Shown: positions 1 through 7,698 of the stretch, piece after piece | How the letters are laid out: the number at the start of each line of letters is the position of its first letter | Numbering within the stretch: the stretch's first letter is position 1 | Assembly: GCA_963807165.1 (NCBI GenBank) | Contig: CAWDZM010000001.1 | Coordinates: forward strand, 119,963-183,962 | From: an uncultured bacterium | GTDB taxonomy: Bacteria; Patescibacteriota; Minisyncoccia; UBA6257; 2-01-FULL-56-20 | Direction: 5' to 3' | Length of the DNA: 64,000 bases | Program-made: the position numbers and the translations under genes | The notes under the pieces: model-generated | What the model was told of the DNA's origin: nothing | What the model saw: the letters and a program-made list of their open reading frames with translations, nothing else | The model's database searches: none

Positions 1-431
1 CGGGCAACCTCGCCGCCTAAGCACGCCGAGAGCGCGATGAGCCCCTCGTGATGTTCGCGCAAGAGATCCTTATCCATGCGCGGCTTGTAATAAAATCCTT
101 CAAGGTGGGCTTTTGAGACGAGTGTGATGAGGTTTTTCCAGCCGGTCTGATTTTCAACGAGCAATATCAAATGGTAATACCGTTCGCCGTTTTCTTTAGA
201 GAACCGGTCGCGCGGCGCGATGTACGCCTCGACGCCGAGGATCGGCTTGATGCCGTGCTTCTTTGCGAGTTTATAAAATTCGACAGCGCCGTAGAGGACG
301 CCGTGATCGGTGAGCGCGATCGAGTCCATGCCCGTCTCCTTGGCGCGCGCCACCATCTGAGGAATCTTCGTCAGCCCGTCGAGCAGGGAATAATGAGAGT
401 GCGTATGTAAGTGGGTAAATTTTGGTTCCAT
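1..431 (-). CDS. dnaE: DNA polymerase III alpha subunit, N-terminal PHP domain (partial, runs off window start)
   Basis: Minus-strand translation from 431: MEPKFTHLHTHSHYSLLDG...IALTDHGVLYGAVEFY...GIKPILGVEAY...FYYKPRMD...LIALSACLGGE, the typical DnaE PHP motifs. Not in the ORF track. Confidence 0.95.
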   Translation of the reverse strand, partial: MEPKFTHLHTHSHYSLLDGLTKIPQMVARAKETGMDSIALTDHGVLYGAVEFYKLAKKHGIKPILGVEAYIAPRDRFSKENGERYYHLILLVENQTGWKNLITLVSKAHLEGFYYKPRMDKDLLREHHEGLIALSACLGGEVA

Positions 432-579
432 TGTTCTTGGTGTTAGCCCCCGCAAGCGAGGATGCAGAACATTAAATCTGTATTAAAACTTCCCATCTAT
501 ATTACTACAAAAATCAAGGATGACAAAATCGAGCCATATTTAATCATTTTTTAATGTGAGTGTGCTATCTATATTGGGT

Positions 580-1191
580 ATGAATATTCTTAACGAGAAT
601 TTAATAGTAAGAATGTACGTGGAAGATAAACTTTCTGCTATGCAAATTAGCGAATTAACACACCTATCGATTTCAAAGATAGTGCGCATTTTAGAAATAC
701 ATCATATTCAAAAAAGAAGCATAAGCGAGGCCATCACGCAGCTTAATATAACAAAATTTCATAAGGCACCGTTTCAATTGAAGGCAAAACTTTCTTCGGT
801 TGAAAATGATTTGAAAATAACCGGGATAATGTTATATTGGGGCGAGGGAGCAAAGACAAGTGGTTCCGTAAAGCTTGCTAATAGCGATCCTGGAATGGTC
901 AAGGTTTTTCTTCTTTTCTTAAGAAATATTTGCGGAGCCGAAGAGAAAAGAATAAAAATGATCATCCATATGTACCCCGACCAAGATAGAATATTCCTGC
1001 AAAAATTTTGGTCATCGGTGACGGGTATCGGGCCGGAAAATTTTTATAAGCCGCAGATTCTCGCAGGCAAGAAGGGGACTTATAAAAAGAAATCTATTTA
1101 TGGCACCGCCACCATTTATTATGGCGATAAAAAATTACTGAAACAATTGCTAAAATGGATAGACGAATATAAAAATGGATTTTTAGCATAG
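580..1191 (+). CDS. HTH + LAGLIDADG-like endonuclease-fold protein
   Basis: N-terminal HTH-like segment (MYVEDKLSAMQISELTHLSISKIVRIL), then GIMLYWGEGAK...NSDPGMVKVFLLFL...FWS; homologous to 57477-58190; AT-rich. The track start is 556; ATG 580 is preferred. Confidence 0.7.
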   Translation: MNILNENLIVRMYVEDKLSAMQISELTHLSISKIVRILEIHHIQKRSISEAITQLNITKFHKAPFQLKAKLSSVENDLKITGIMLYWGEGAKTSGSVKLANSDPGMVKVFLLFLRNICGAEEKRIKMIIHMYPDQDRIFLQKFWSSVTGIGPENFYKPQILAGKKGTYKKKSIYGTATIYYGDKKLLKQLLKWIDEYKNGFLA

Positions 1192-1192
1192 T

Positions 1193-1265
1193 GCCACCTT
1201 AGCTCAGCTGGCAGAGCGCTACTTTTGTAAAGTAGATGTCCCCGGTTCGATCCCGGGAGGTGGCT
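1193..1265 (+). tRNA. tRNA-Thr(UGU)
   Basis: Cloverleaf: acceptor GCCACCT/AGGTGGC, anticodon arm CTACT-TTTGTAA-AGTAG, T arm CCCGG-TTCGATC-CCGGG. CCA not encoded. Confidence 0.95.
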
Positions 1266-1284
1266 CAACTGATATAATAAAACC

Positions 1285-1698
1285 ATGATTCTCCAAGTCG
1301 GCGTTAAAATTTTTCTCAAGGATCCCGAAGGTAAATATCTTTTAATACGCCGCTCGCCAATAAAATATCCAGGCGTAAAGGGCGAATGGGATATCCCCGG
1401 AGGACGAATTAACCCAGGTTCATTGTTAATTGAAAATCTAAAACGTGAAGTAAAAGAAGAAACCCAACTCGAAATAACTTCAGAGCCGAAATTTATTTAT
1501 GCGCAGGATATTATCCCCAATGAGGAAAAGCATGTTGTCCGACTTTCGTATATTGGAAAAACAGATGGTATGCCCATACTCGATACCTCTGAAAATACAG
1601 AATATAAATGGCTTCCTTTGGATGAGTTGAAAAAATACGAAAATGTGGATGTCTATGCGAAGAAAATTATCGATAGCGGATTGTTGGATCAGTTCTAG
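1285..1698 (+). CDS. NUDIX hydrolase
   Basis: Nudix box-like WDIPGGRINPGSLLIENLKREVKEET. Confidence 0.85.
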   Translation: MILQVGVKIFLKDPEGKYLLIRRSPIKYPGVKGEWDIPGGRINPGSLLIENLKREVKEETQLEITSEPKFIYAQDIIPNEEKHVVRLSYIGKTDGMPILDTSENTEYKWLPLDELKKYENVDVYAKKIIDSGLLDQF

Positions 1699-1737
1699 GT
1701 TGGACTTTTATCAAAAATCCAGTACTATAGTCTTGTT

Positions 1738-2019
1738 GCCGTTGTAGCTCAGCTGGTAGAGCAACTCCATGGTGGACTCACAGAGTCATGCCCACGGAAG
1801 GGGAAACCCTTCTGCGAACCCCGAATTACGGTCAAAGGCCAGGAATGGCAGAGACCGTGGCGAAGATGCGAATAGCGCGTGATTCGCCCGAACGACTGAC
1901 AAGGGACGCTGCGCCGTACAAGCGGTATGCGTAAGATACAGTCTAATCCTCATATAAGCATCGCGAAGGTGAGGTATCAATGAAGGAGTAGGTCGCCGGT
2001 TCAATTCCGGCCAACGGCT
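1738..2019 (+). tRNA. tRNA-Thr(GGU), interrupted by an intron (exons 1738-1773 and 1983-2019)
   Basis: Joined exons give a full cloverleaf: GCCGTTG/CAACGGC acceptor, ACTCC-ATGGT|AA-GGAGT anticodon arm, GCCGG-TTCAATT-CCGGC T arm. Confidence 0.93.
1774..1982 (+). ncRNA. Group I self-splicing intron (209 nt, no ORF)
   Basis: The 5' exon ends in U and the intron ends in G. P1 pairs exon CAUGGU with GUCAUG, with a U.G pair at the splice site. P7 is GACUG/CAGUC, and the J8/7-type motif AAGAUACAGUCU is present. Confidence 0.9.
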
Positions 2020-2024
2020 CACTC

Positions 2025-2110
2025 GCAGACAGCAAAAATCCCTATCGCTATTTCGCTCCGACGTAAGCACGTCCACTCGCTCAATAGCAATAGGGATTTT
2101 TGCTGTCTGC
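2025..2110. repeat. Family-1 palindromic element, copy 1 (28-bp arms around a 30-nt core at 2053-2082)
   Basis: Arms 2025-2052 / 2083-2110 with one mismatch; core TCGCTCCGACGTAAGCACGTCCACTCGCTC. Confidence 0.9.
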
Positions 2111-2401
2111 TTGTTCGTTGGTAATAAAGAAAGGATGATGCCCCCGCATCGTCAGTGGCGATGCGGGGATTGTGCTATTTATGCAGAAATGGCAAAATCG
2201 CGTTGATGACTGCTCCGAAGAGTGACAGCCAAAAAATAAGCATGCTCATTGATTGGTTTAGTAGTTCATTTTATATGATAAAATCACGACCTTTGATCTT
2301 TTGATTTGGGTGAAGTGTACCAAAACGCCGATTAAAACTATCTAAAAATGTGGCCAGGCCTGGATTTGCAATAATGGCGCGGATATAGTATCATCGTTCC
2401 C

Positions 2402-2581
2402 ATGGCCAAGTTAAAACACGCCGACCGGTTGATCACGATGCGTTGCACTGTCTGCAAGCGTCGTAATTATTACACCAATAAAAATAAGAAGTTGGTGGAG
2501 CGGAAGATCGAACTTCAGAAGTTTTGCGACTGGTGCCGCGTGAAAACGCTACACAAAGAGTCCAGGATCTCCGGAAAGTAA
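2402..2581 (+). CDS. rpmG: 50S ribosomal protein L33 (Zn-ribbon form)
   Basis: MAKLKHADRLITMRCTVCKRRNYYTNKNKKLVERKIELQKFCDWCRVKTLHKESRISGK, 59 aa (below the ORF-track cutoff); lies before tRNA-Trp as usual. Confidence 0.95.
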   Translation: MAKLKHADRLITMRCTVCKRRNYYTNKNKKLVERKIELQKFCDWCRVKTLHKESRISGK

Positions 2582-2670
2582 CGATCGCTCCAGAAAAAAT
2601 GCGCGTGGTCTCTATAAAAGGGGAGCAGGCGCATTTTTTAAATCTGTATTAAAATAGAAGGGAAGAAATT

Positions 2671-2744
2671 GGGGGCTTAGTTAAACGGTATAATAAGCGT
2701 CTCCAAAACGCTTGTCGAAGGTCCGACTCCTTCAGCCCCCGCCA
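2671..2744 (+). tRNA. tRNA-Trp(CCA)
   Basis: GGGGGCT/AGCCCCC acceptor, AGCGT-CTCCAAA-ACGCT anticodon arm, encoded CCA; T loop TCCGACT. Confidence 0.93.
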
Positions 2745-2748
2745 AAAA

Positions 2749-3477
2749 TTACTGTGGAAAATTCACCCTTTCCCCAGATGATAATGTGACGCTGTTTAAA
2801 ATTCCGAGAATTTTCGATTGTAAGCTGGCCTGCTCCGCATCGGTAAACTGCTGAATCGTGCCGGACGGATAGTTGCCAAAATCGGATTGCCCGATGCGTG
2901 TTTCAAATTCATAGCACGCGCCGTTGTAGGCCAGCCGATAGAGCGTGCCTTTTGCAAAATGGCCGGCGCCAGCATTGCCGATCGGTGTGAACTCACTTAC
3001 TGAATAATCGCCGACGGTGGTGCTGGTGGGAGTGAAGTTTGAAAAACCGGTGGGCGGCGTGGTAAGACATGCGGCCTGCGTCATAAGGTCGGTTCGTTTT
3101 TCTACGCGAATGCCAGCGCTTTCAAAATTGGTGCCTTGATATGCGGTGCCGATGTAGTAAAGGCAATAATCAAGATCCGCATCGCATGGAGGGATGTACG
3201 GATGCACTGCGATGTTTTGAGAAGACGTCGCCAGCGCAAAGTCGGCGGTCGGGTAGATGAGCGCGATTGTTCCATCGGAGATGCTTTGATCTCCCGATGG
3301 CGCAGTGCCGGTCGGAGCGCCGAGTACGAGCGTCGGGGCCGTGCCCTGCGATGTACTCGTCGAACCGGCGGGGTTTATCGCCCCATTTTGATTATTGGCA
3401 TTGATAAACCACAAAAACCCCGCAGCGAGAAAGGCGACGATGACGACAAAGACGATAGCAATGCCAAATTTCCCCAT
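2749..3477 (-). CDS. Membrane-anchored extracytoplasmic hypothetical protein
   Basis: N-terminal TM helix, Thr/Ser-rich linker, four Cys; TACAAT box 7 nt before ATG. Confidence 0.75.
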   Translation of the reverse strand: MGKFGIAIVFVVIVAFLAAGFLWFINANNQNGAINPAGSTSTSQGTAPTLVLGAPTGTAPSGDQSISDGTIALIYPTADFALATSSQNIAVHPYIPPCDADLDYCLYYIGTAYQGTNFESAGIRVEKRTDLMTQAACLTTPPTGFSNFTPTSTTVGDYSVSEFTPIGNAGAGHFAKGTLYRLAYNGACYEFETRIGQSDFGNYPSGTIQQFTDAEQASLQSKILGILNSVTLSSGERVNFPQ

Positions 3478-3540
3478 ACCTCTTATTGTACCGCATTACG
3501 GGTTGACAAATTTCACTGGTCGGCTATACTTGAACCAATT

Positions 3541-3645
3541 CCAAAGACCATAGGTTTGCCGCTAAAGGCATGTAATACCTATGAGAGGAGGTTTGGGCAA
3601 TAGCCCTCACATTCTTCGCGGCCTTGGAACGGCCGTTTTCTGTTT
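3541..3645 (+). promoter_or_regulatory. Ribosomal protein L10 leader (autogenous control RNA)
   Basis: CCAAAGACCATAGG...TAATACCTATG...AGG motif directly upstream of rplJ, preceded by a TTGACA-N17-TATACT promoter and followed by a hairpin with a T run. Confidence 0.7.
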
Positions 3646-3672
3646 TTAAGGAATTATTAATAAAAAATTATT

Positions 3673-4350
3673 ATGAAAACACGGGCACAAAAAGAAACAG
3701 AGTTGGCACACGCACGCACGCTTTTTGAAAAGAGCGAAGCGCTGATTTTTGCCGACTTCACTAAGATCACGGCAGAGAACCTTCGCAAACTTCGCACCGA
3801 GCTGAAAAAGTCCGGCGCAAACTTCCTCGTCATCAAGAAGCGCATCCTCGGCATCCTTTTGAAGGAAAAGGGAATCGACGTTGACCTTAAGCAGTTCAAG
3901 ACATCCGTTGGTACGATTTTCTCGGAAGTAGATAGCGAGCACATCGCCGGACCGGCGTTCAAGTTCTTCTCGGGCATGGAAGTTCCGGAAGGCCAGGCGA
4001 AAGACGTTTGGATCAAGAAGATTCTCGCTGGCTATAACATCGTCGCAAAAACACCGATGACTGCCGAAGAGATCGTCTACATCGGCAAGCTCCCGCCGCG
4101 CGAGGTCGTGCTGGCACAACTACTTGGCATGCTCGCCGCGCCGATCCGTTCGTTCCTCTATATCCTTGATGAGAAATCAAAGATGGGTGGTGGCAGCGCA
4201 GAGCCGGTTGCCCAGTCTCCCGAACCCGCGGCGCCGTCCGCGCCGGAAGCAGTTGCAGAACCTGCAGCCGTTGCAGAGCCTGCGGCAGAAACCCCTTCCA
4301 CTGATACCGACATCCCTGAACAAAAGGTCGAGCTAACGCAAGCACAATAA
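3673..4350 (+). CDS. rplJ: 50S ribosomal protein L10 with an acidic Ala/Pro/Glu-rich C-terminal tail
   Basis: KTRAQK...LRKLRTELK...[19 protein letters not shown]; upstream of rplL. Confidence 0.93.
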   Translation: MKTRAQKETELAHARTLFEKSEALIFADFTKITAENLRKLRTELKKSGANFLVIKKRILGILLKEKGIDVDLKQFKTSVGTIFSEVDSEHIAGPAFKFFSGMEVPEGQAKDVWIKKILAGYNIVAKTPMTAEEIVYIGKLPPREVVLAQLLGMLAAPIRSFLYILDEKSKMGGGSAEPVAQSPEPAAPSAPEAVAEPAAVAEPAAETPSTDTDIPEQKVELTQAQ

Positions 4351-4354
4351 AACA

Positions 4355-4720
4355 ATGGCAAATCACGAAGATTTAATTTCGAAAATAGAGTCTCTCACGG
4401 TAGTTGAGCTCGCGGAGCTCGTGAAGAAGCTTGAAGAGAAGTTCGGCATCTCGGCTGCGGCCCCGGTGGCGGCAGGCGGCGGAGCCGGCGCAGCTGCGGC
4501 GGAAGAGAAGACGGCATTCAACGTTGTCCTCAAATCGGCCGGAGCAAGCAAGTTGAACGTCATCAAGGTTGTCCGCGAAGTGACGACCCTCGGCCTTAAG
4601 GAGGCAAAGGATCTCGTAGACGGCGCACCGAAGACGATCAAAGAGAACGTCAAGAAGGAAGAGGCCGAAGAGATCAAGAAGAAGATCACGGAGGCAGGTG
4701 GAGTTGCGGAGATCGCATAA
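4355..4720 (+). CDS. rplL: 50S ribosomal protein L7/L12
   Basis: [24 protein letters not shown]...[10 protein letters not shown]...[14 protein letters not shown]. Confidence 0.98.
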   Translation: MANHEDLISKIESLTVVELAELVKKLEEKFGISAAAPVAAGGGAGAAAAEEKTAFNVVLKSAGASKLNVIKVVREVTTLGLKEAKDLVDGAPKTIKENVKKEEAEEIKKKITEAGGVAEIA

Positions 4721-4797
4721 AACAAAAAGCCCCTCTTATTTGACGAGAATGCCACGTAGGAACGTGACCGCCAAATAAGAGGGGCTTTTTGTTTTAT
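4717..4797. repeat. Long hairpin (29-bp arms) with a family-1-like inner CACGT-AGGA-ACGTG loop; probable terminator
   Basis: Arms 4717-4745 / 4769-4797 with one mismatch; the left arm includes the rplL stop codon. Confidence 0.8.
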
Positions 4798-4844
4798 TAA
4801 TAGTTGAAAAGAAGAGAGAAGTGAATTACTATAACTTGTGCAAA

Positions 4845-4916
4845 GGGCGTTTAGCTCAGTGGTAGAGCGTTCCGTTCACATCGGAGAGGTCGCAGGTCCG
4901 ATCCCTGCAACGCCCA
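4845..4916 (+). tRNA. tRNA-Val(CAC)
   Basis: GGGCGTT/AACGCCC acceptor, TTCCG-TTCACAT-CGGAG anticodon arm, T loop TCCGATC. Confidence 0.93.
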
Positions 4917-4917
4917 C

Positions 4918-5035
4918 AAAAAGAATTCCCCATACGTCCTTTCAGGGACGTGTCGCGGCCTACTGGCCGCGCACTCTATCTCGGCGCTCTTCGCGCCTCC
5001 GATGAGCCCCTCAAAGAGTATGGGAATTCTTTTTT
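4918..5035. repeat. Family-2 palindromic element, copy A
   Basis: Arms AAAAAGAATTCCCCATAC / GTATGGGAATTCTTTTT enclose a two-hairpin core homologous to 23762-23877 and 47342-47462. Confidence 0.8.
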
Positions 5036-5039
5036 AGAT

Positions 5040-5714
5040 CTATTCAAGTAAAAAAGATCGGATTTTTAAGGCCATGGCAACATGGTCTTCTAGTCGGAGT
5101 GCGGCGATATCGTTTCCGCGCCTTTCGGAAGGAATATATTCTATAAGATCAAAAAATCTAAAATTTGGACGATTTATTTTTTCTACCGCATCTTTAATTC
5201 TCTTGGCCTCGTCGAATTCTATATAAGGATTCATTGTTTCATACACCCAATGATGATGCTTTGCAAAATTTTTTAAATAATCCTCCCCGATAGCCGATTG
5301 AATTAAATCTTCCAATTCGGTATTCCATTCCGGAGGCTGAAACTCCATTTTTTTGGTGTATCCAACAAACGCAGCGCGAATGTTAAGATTTTGATTTTGC
5401 AGTTCTAGATTCCTAACGCCTGTTGGTGGAATGGCAATGCCTTCGATAAGCGCATCTTTTCCTTTACGGCTTAGAAGTTTTATTAATCCGATCGTGCCAA
5501 TCCACGCAGGAGTGTCCTCGCCGGTTCTGAGTTCTGGTATTTCCGGCATCTTTGCCTCGTGGGGATCTCCCTTGGTAATAGACCGATAAAGTTCACTCGT
5601 GCTTGCGCGAATAAAATCCGTCGAATTTTGATACATAGGTTTCTGCGAACAAATGCATGGACCTATGATCGTCGATTTTCGCATTCCAGGCACTCCACCA
5701 ATGAGATAGATCAT
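5040..5714 (-). CDS. Hypothetical protein with a degenerate P-loop (kinase-like)
   Basis: MIYLIGGVPGMRKST resembles GxxGxGKS/T with R replacing G, followed by STDFIR; TACAAT 6 nt before ATG 5714. Confidence 0.6.
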   Translation of the reverse strand: MIYLIGGVPGMRKSTIIGPCICSQKPMYQNSTDFIRASTSELYRSITKGDPHEAKMPEIPELRTGEDTPAWIGTIGLIKLLSRKGKDALIEGIAIPPTGVRNLELQNQNLNIRAAFVGYTKKMEFQPPEWNTELEDLIQSAIGEDYLKNFAKHHHWVYETMNPYIEFDEAKRIKDAVEKINRPNFRFFDLIEYIPSERRGNDIAALRLEDHVAMALKIRSFLLE

Positions 5715-5877
5715 AAGAAGATTGTAACTCAAGTGGGGAATGGGGATTTCTTATAAATGATTTCGCCCTGTGTATATCTCTCATTTTTAGCACCCCCTAA
5801 TTTTTAAAAACCCCAGCAAAATCAATATATATTAGGACGATTGCCCCCGCGAAAGGGGATATTTTGACTATATATAG

Positions 5878-5928
5878 GAGTGGAGTATGATTGTATGTAA
5901 GTGGAGGGTTGTGGAGGAGATTGGGGAT
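5878..5928 (+). promoter_or_regulatory. Putative MraZ operator (GTGG direct repeats)
   Basis: AGTGGAG, AGTGGAG, TGTGGAG and TTGGGGA, the last three at about 10-nt spacing, upstream of mraZ. Confidence 0.55.
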
Positions 5929-5980
5929 AACTGCCACTTTCTGTGCATAACTTGAAACCACACATACATCACATATTTTC

Positions 5981-6412
5981 ATGTTACTAGGCGAATTCAA
6001 ACACAATTTGGACCCCAAAGGCCGGATGGCGATCCCCGCAAAGTTCCGCGATAAATTAACGGCGGGCGCCATCATCACGCGCGGAATTGATAACTGTCTT
6101 TTTGTGTTCGCAAACACGGAGTGGGAAGCATTGGCAGCAAAGCTGATCGCGCTCCCGCTCGCGCAGGCGAACTCGCGGGCGTTCACGCGGCTGATGTTGG
6201 CCGGCGCGAGCGATGTGGAATTGGATGCGCAGGGAAGGATCTTGATCCCCGATTATTTACGAAAGTATGCGGGATTAAAAAAAGGAGTGGTGGTGGCGGG
6301 GTTATATAACCGCATTGAAATTTGGGATGAGGCAGTATGGGCAGCATACAAGACCAAGACGGAGAGTTCTTCTGAAGCGATCGCCGAGCAGTTAGGAGAG
6401 TTGGGAATCTAA
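5981..6412 (+). CDS. mraZ: Division/cell wall cluster transcriptional repressor MraZ
   Basis: MLLGEFKHNLDPKGRMAIPAKFR...LDAQGRILIP. Confidence 0.97.
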   Translation: MLLGEFKHNLDPKGRMAIPAKFRDKLTAGAIITRGIDNCLFVFANTEWEALAAKLIALPLAQANSRAFTRLMLAGASDVELDAQGRILIPDYLRKYAGLKKGVVVAGLYNRIEIWDEAVWAAYKTKTESSSEAIAEQLGELGI

Positions 6413-6413
6413 C

Positions 6414-7387
6414 ATGGCGGCGATTGAAGAGAAGAACGAAGCGCAACGCAGTTTGCATACACCAGTTCTTTTACACGAGGTAATAACGTTTTTAAATCCA
6501 CAGCCGGGAGATTTCATTATTGATGGCACGGTGGATGGCGGCGGACATGCCGCAGCGATCGCCACGATCATCGGATCGACGGGAACATTGCTCGGACTCG
6601 ATTGGGATGAAAAATTGCTCGAGCGATGCAAGGCGCGGTTCGCGAGCCAAAAAAATGTGAAGCTTGTCCACGGCAATTATGCCGAGCTGCCGGAAATCTT
6701 AGAAAAGATTTCTGCAACTGAAAATAATATTGCAGAAGCGCAAGCGGAACTGGATTGCTCATCGATCTTGGATTTTCTTCCGAACAGCTCGAAGCGTCGG
6801 GCAGGGGATTCAGCTTTGGTGAAGCGTATGCCGATGAGCCGTTGCTCATGACCTACGACGATTCGCGGACGCCGGTATGGCAAATCCTTCGTGAAGAGAG
6901 CGAAGAATCGCTCGCGAACATCATCTTTGAATTCGGCGGCGAGCGGGCATCACGGCGCATCGCGAAGGCAATCAAAGATCATGGGCGCAAGAAACCCATT
7001 ATGACCGCTGGCGAACTGGCGGATGTGGTTCGGGAAGCGCTGACGGGCGGCACCGATGCCAAGAGTCGCGGAAAGTACGAGCACGGCAGGATCGATCCCG
7101 CCACGCGCACATTCCAGGCATTCCGGATCTACGCGAACGGAGAACTCGAGAATCTTAAAACATTATTAAAAAACCTCAACGCGATCGTGAAGCCGGGCGG
7201 TCGGGTGGCGATCATCAGCTTCCATTCCACGGAAGACGGGATTGTGAAGAGAGCATTTCAATCATTGGCGAAAGAAGGGAGACTAACAATTATCACAAAG
7301 AAGCCGGTGGAAGCGACACGGGAAGAAATAAAAGAAAATCCGCGAAGCAGATCAGCAAAGATACGAGTAGCAGAAATAAAACAATGA
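6414..7387 (+). pseudogene. rsmH: 16S rRNA m4C1402 methyltransferase, frameshifted near 6728-6752 (pseudogene or sequence error)
   Basis: The N-half (HTPVLL, DGTVDGGGH, HGNY) is in the 6414 frame. The C-half (GLLIDLGFSS, RGFSF, PATRTFQAFRI, NPRSRSAK) is in the 6755 frame. Confidence 0.85.
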
Positions 7388-7698
7388 CATTCATACAACC
7401 ATCAAAACATCTCAATATGCTGAACGCGGTCATCGTGCTGTTGGTGGTTGCACTGCTCGGCGGGACATTTTGGCTGGTTATCGCTTATAATAAGACAGTA
7501 GACCTCAGTCAGGACATCGTTTCGCTTAAATCTCAACTGCAAACCATCGGCGCCCAAAATACTGCGTTGAATAATCAGGTACTCGCCACCTTGGGCGGCG
7601 CTAATTTTACCTCGCTCGCGAGCGCGGACGGGCTAGTGCAGGATAAAAATCCCCAATACTTTACCGTCGACCAACAATGGCCTATCGCTTCACAATAA
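7384..7698 (+). CDS. FtsL-like cell division protein
   Basis: Single TM helix plus coiled coil, located between rsmH and the PBP gene. Confidence 0.7.
   Translation: MTFIQPSKHLNMLNAVIVLLVVALLGGTFWLVIAYNKTVDLSQDIVSLKSQLQTIGAQNTALNNQVLATLGGANFTSLASADGLVQDKNPQYFTVDQQWPIASQ

Noticed and set aside
171-410. 79-aa plus-strand ORF
   Set aside because: Antisense shadow of dnaE.
1786-2076. 96-aa minus-strand ORF as an intron-encoded protein
   Set aside because: It is antisense to the intron and tRNA, crosses the exon, and has no nuclease motif.
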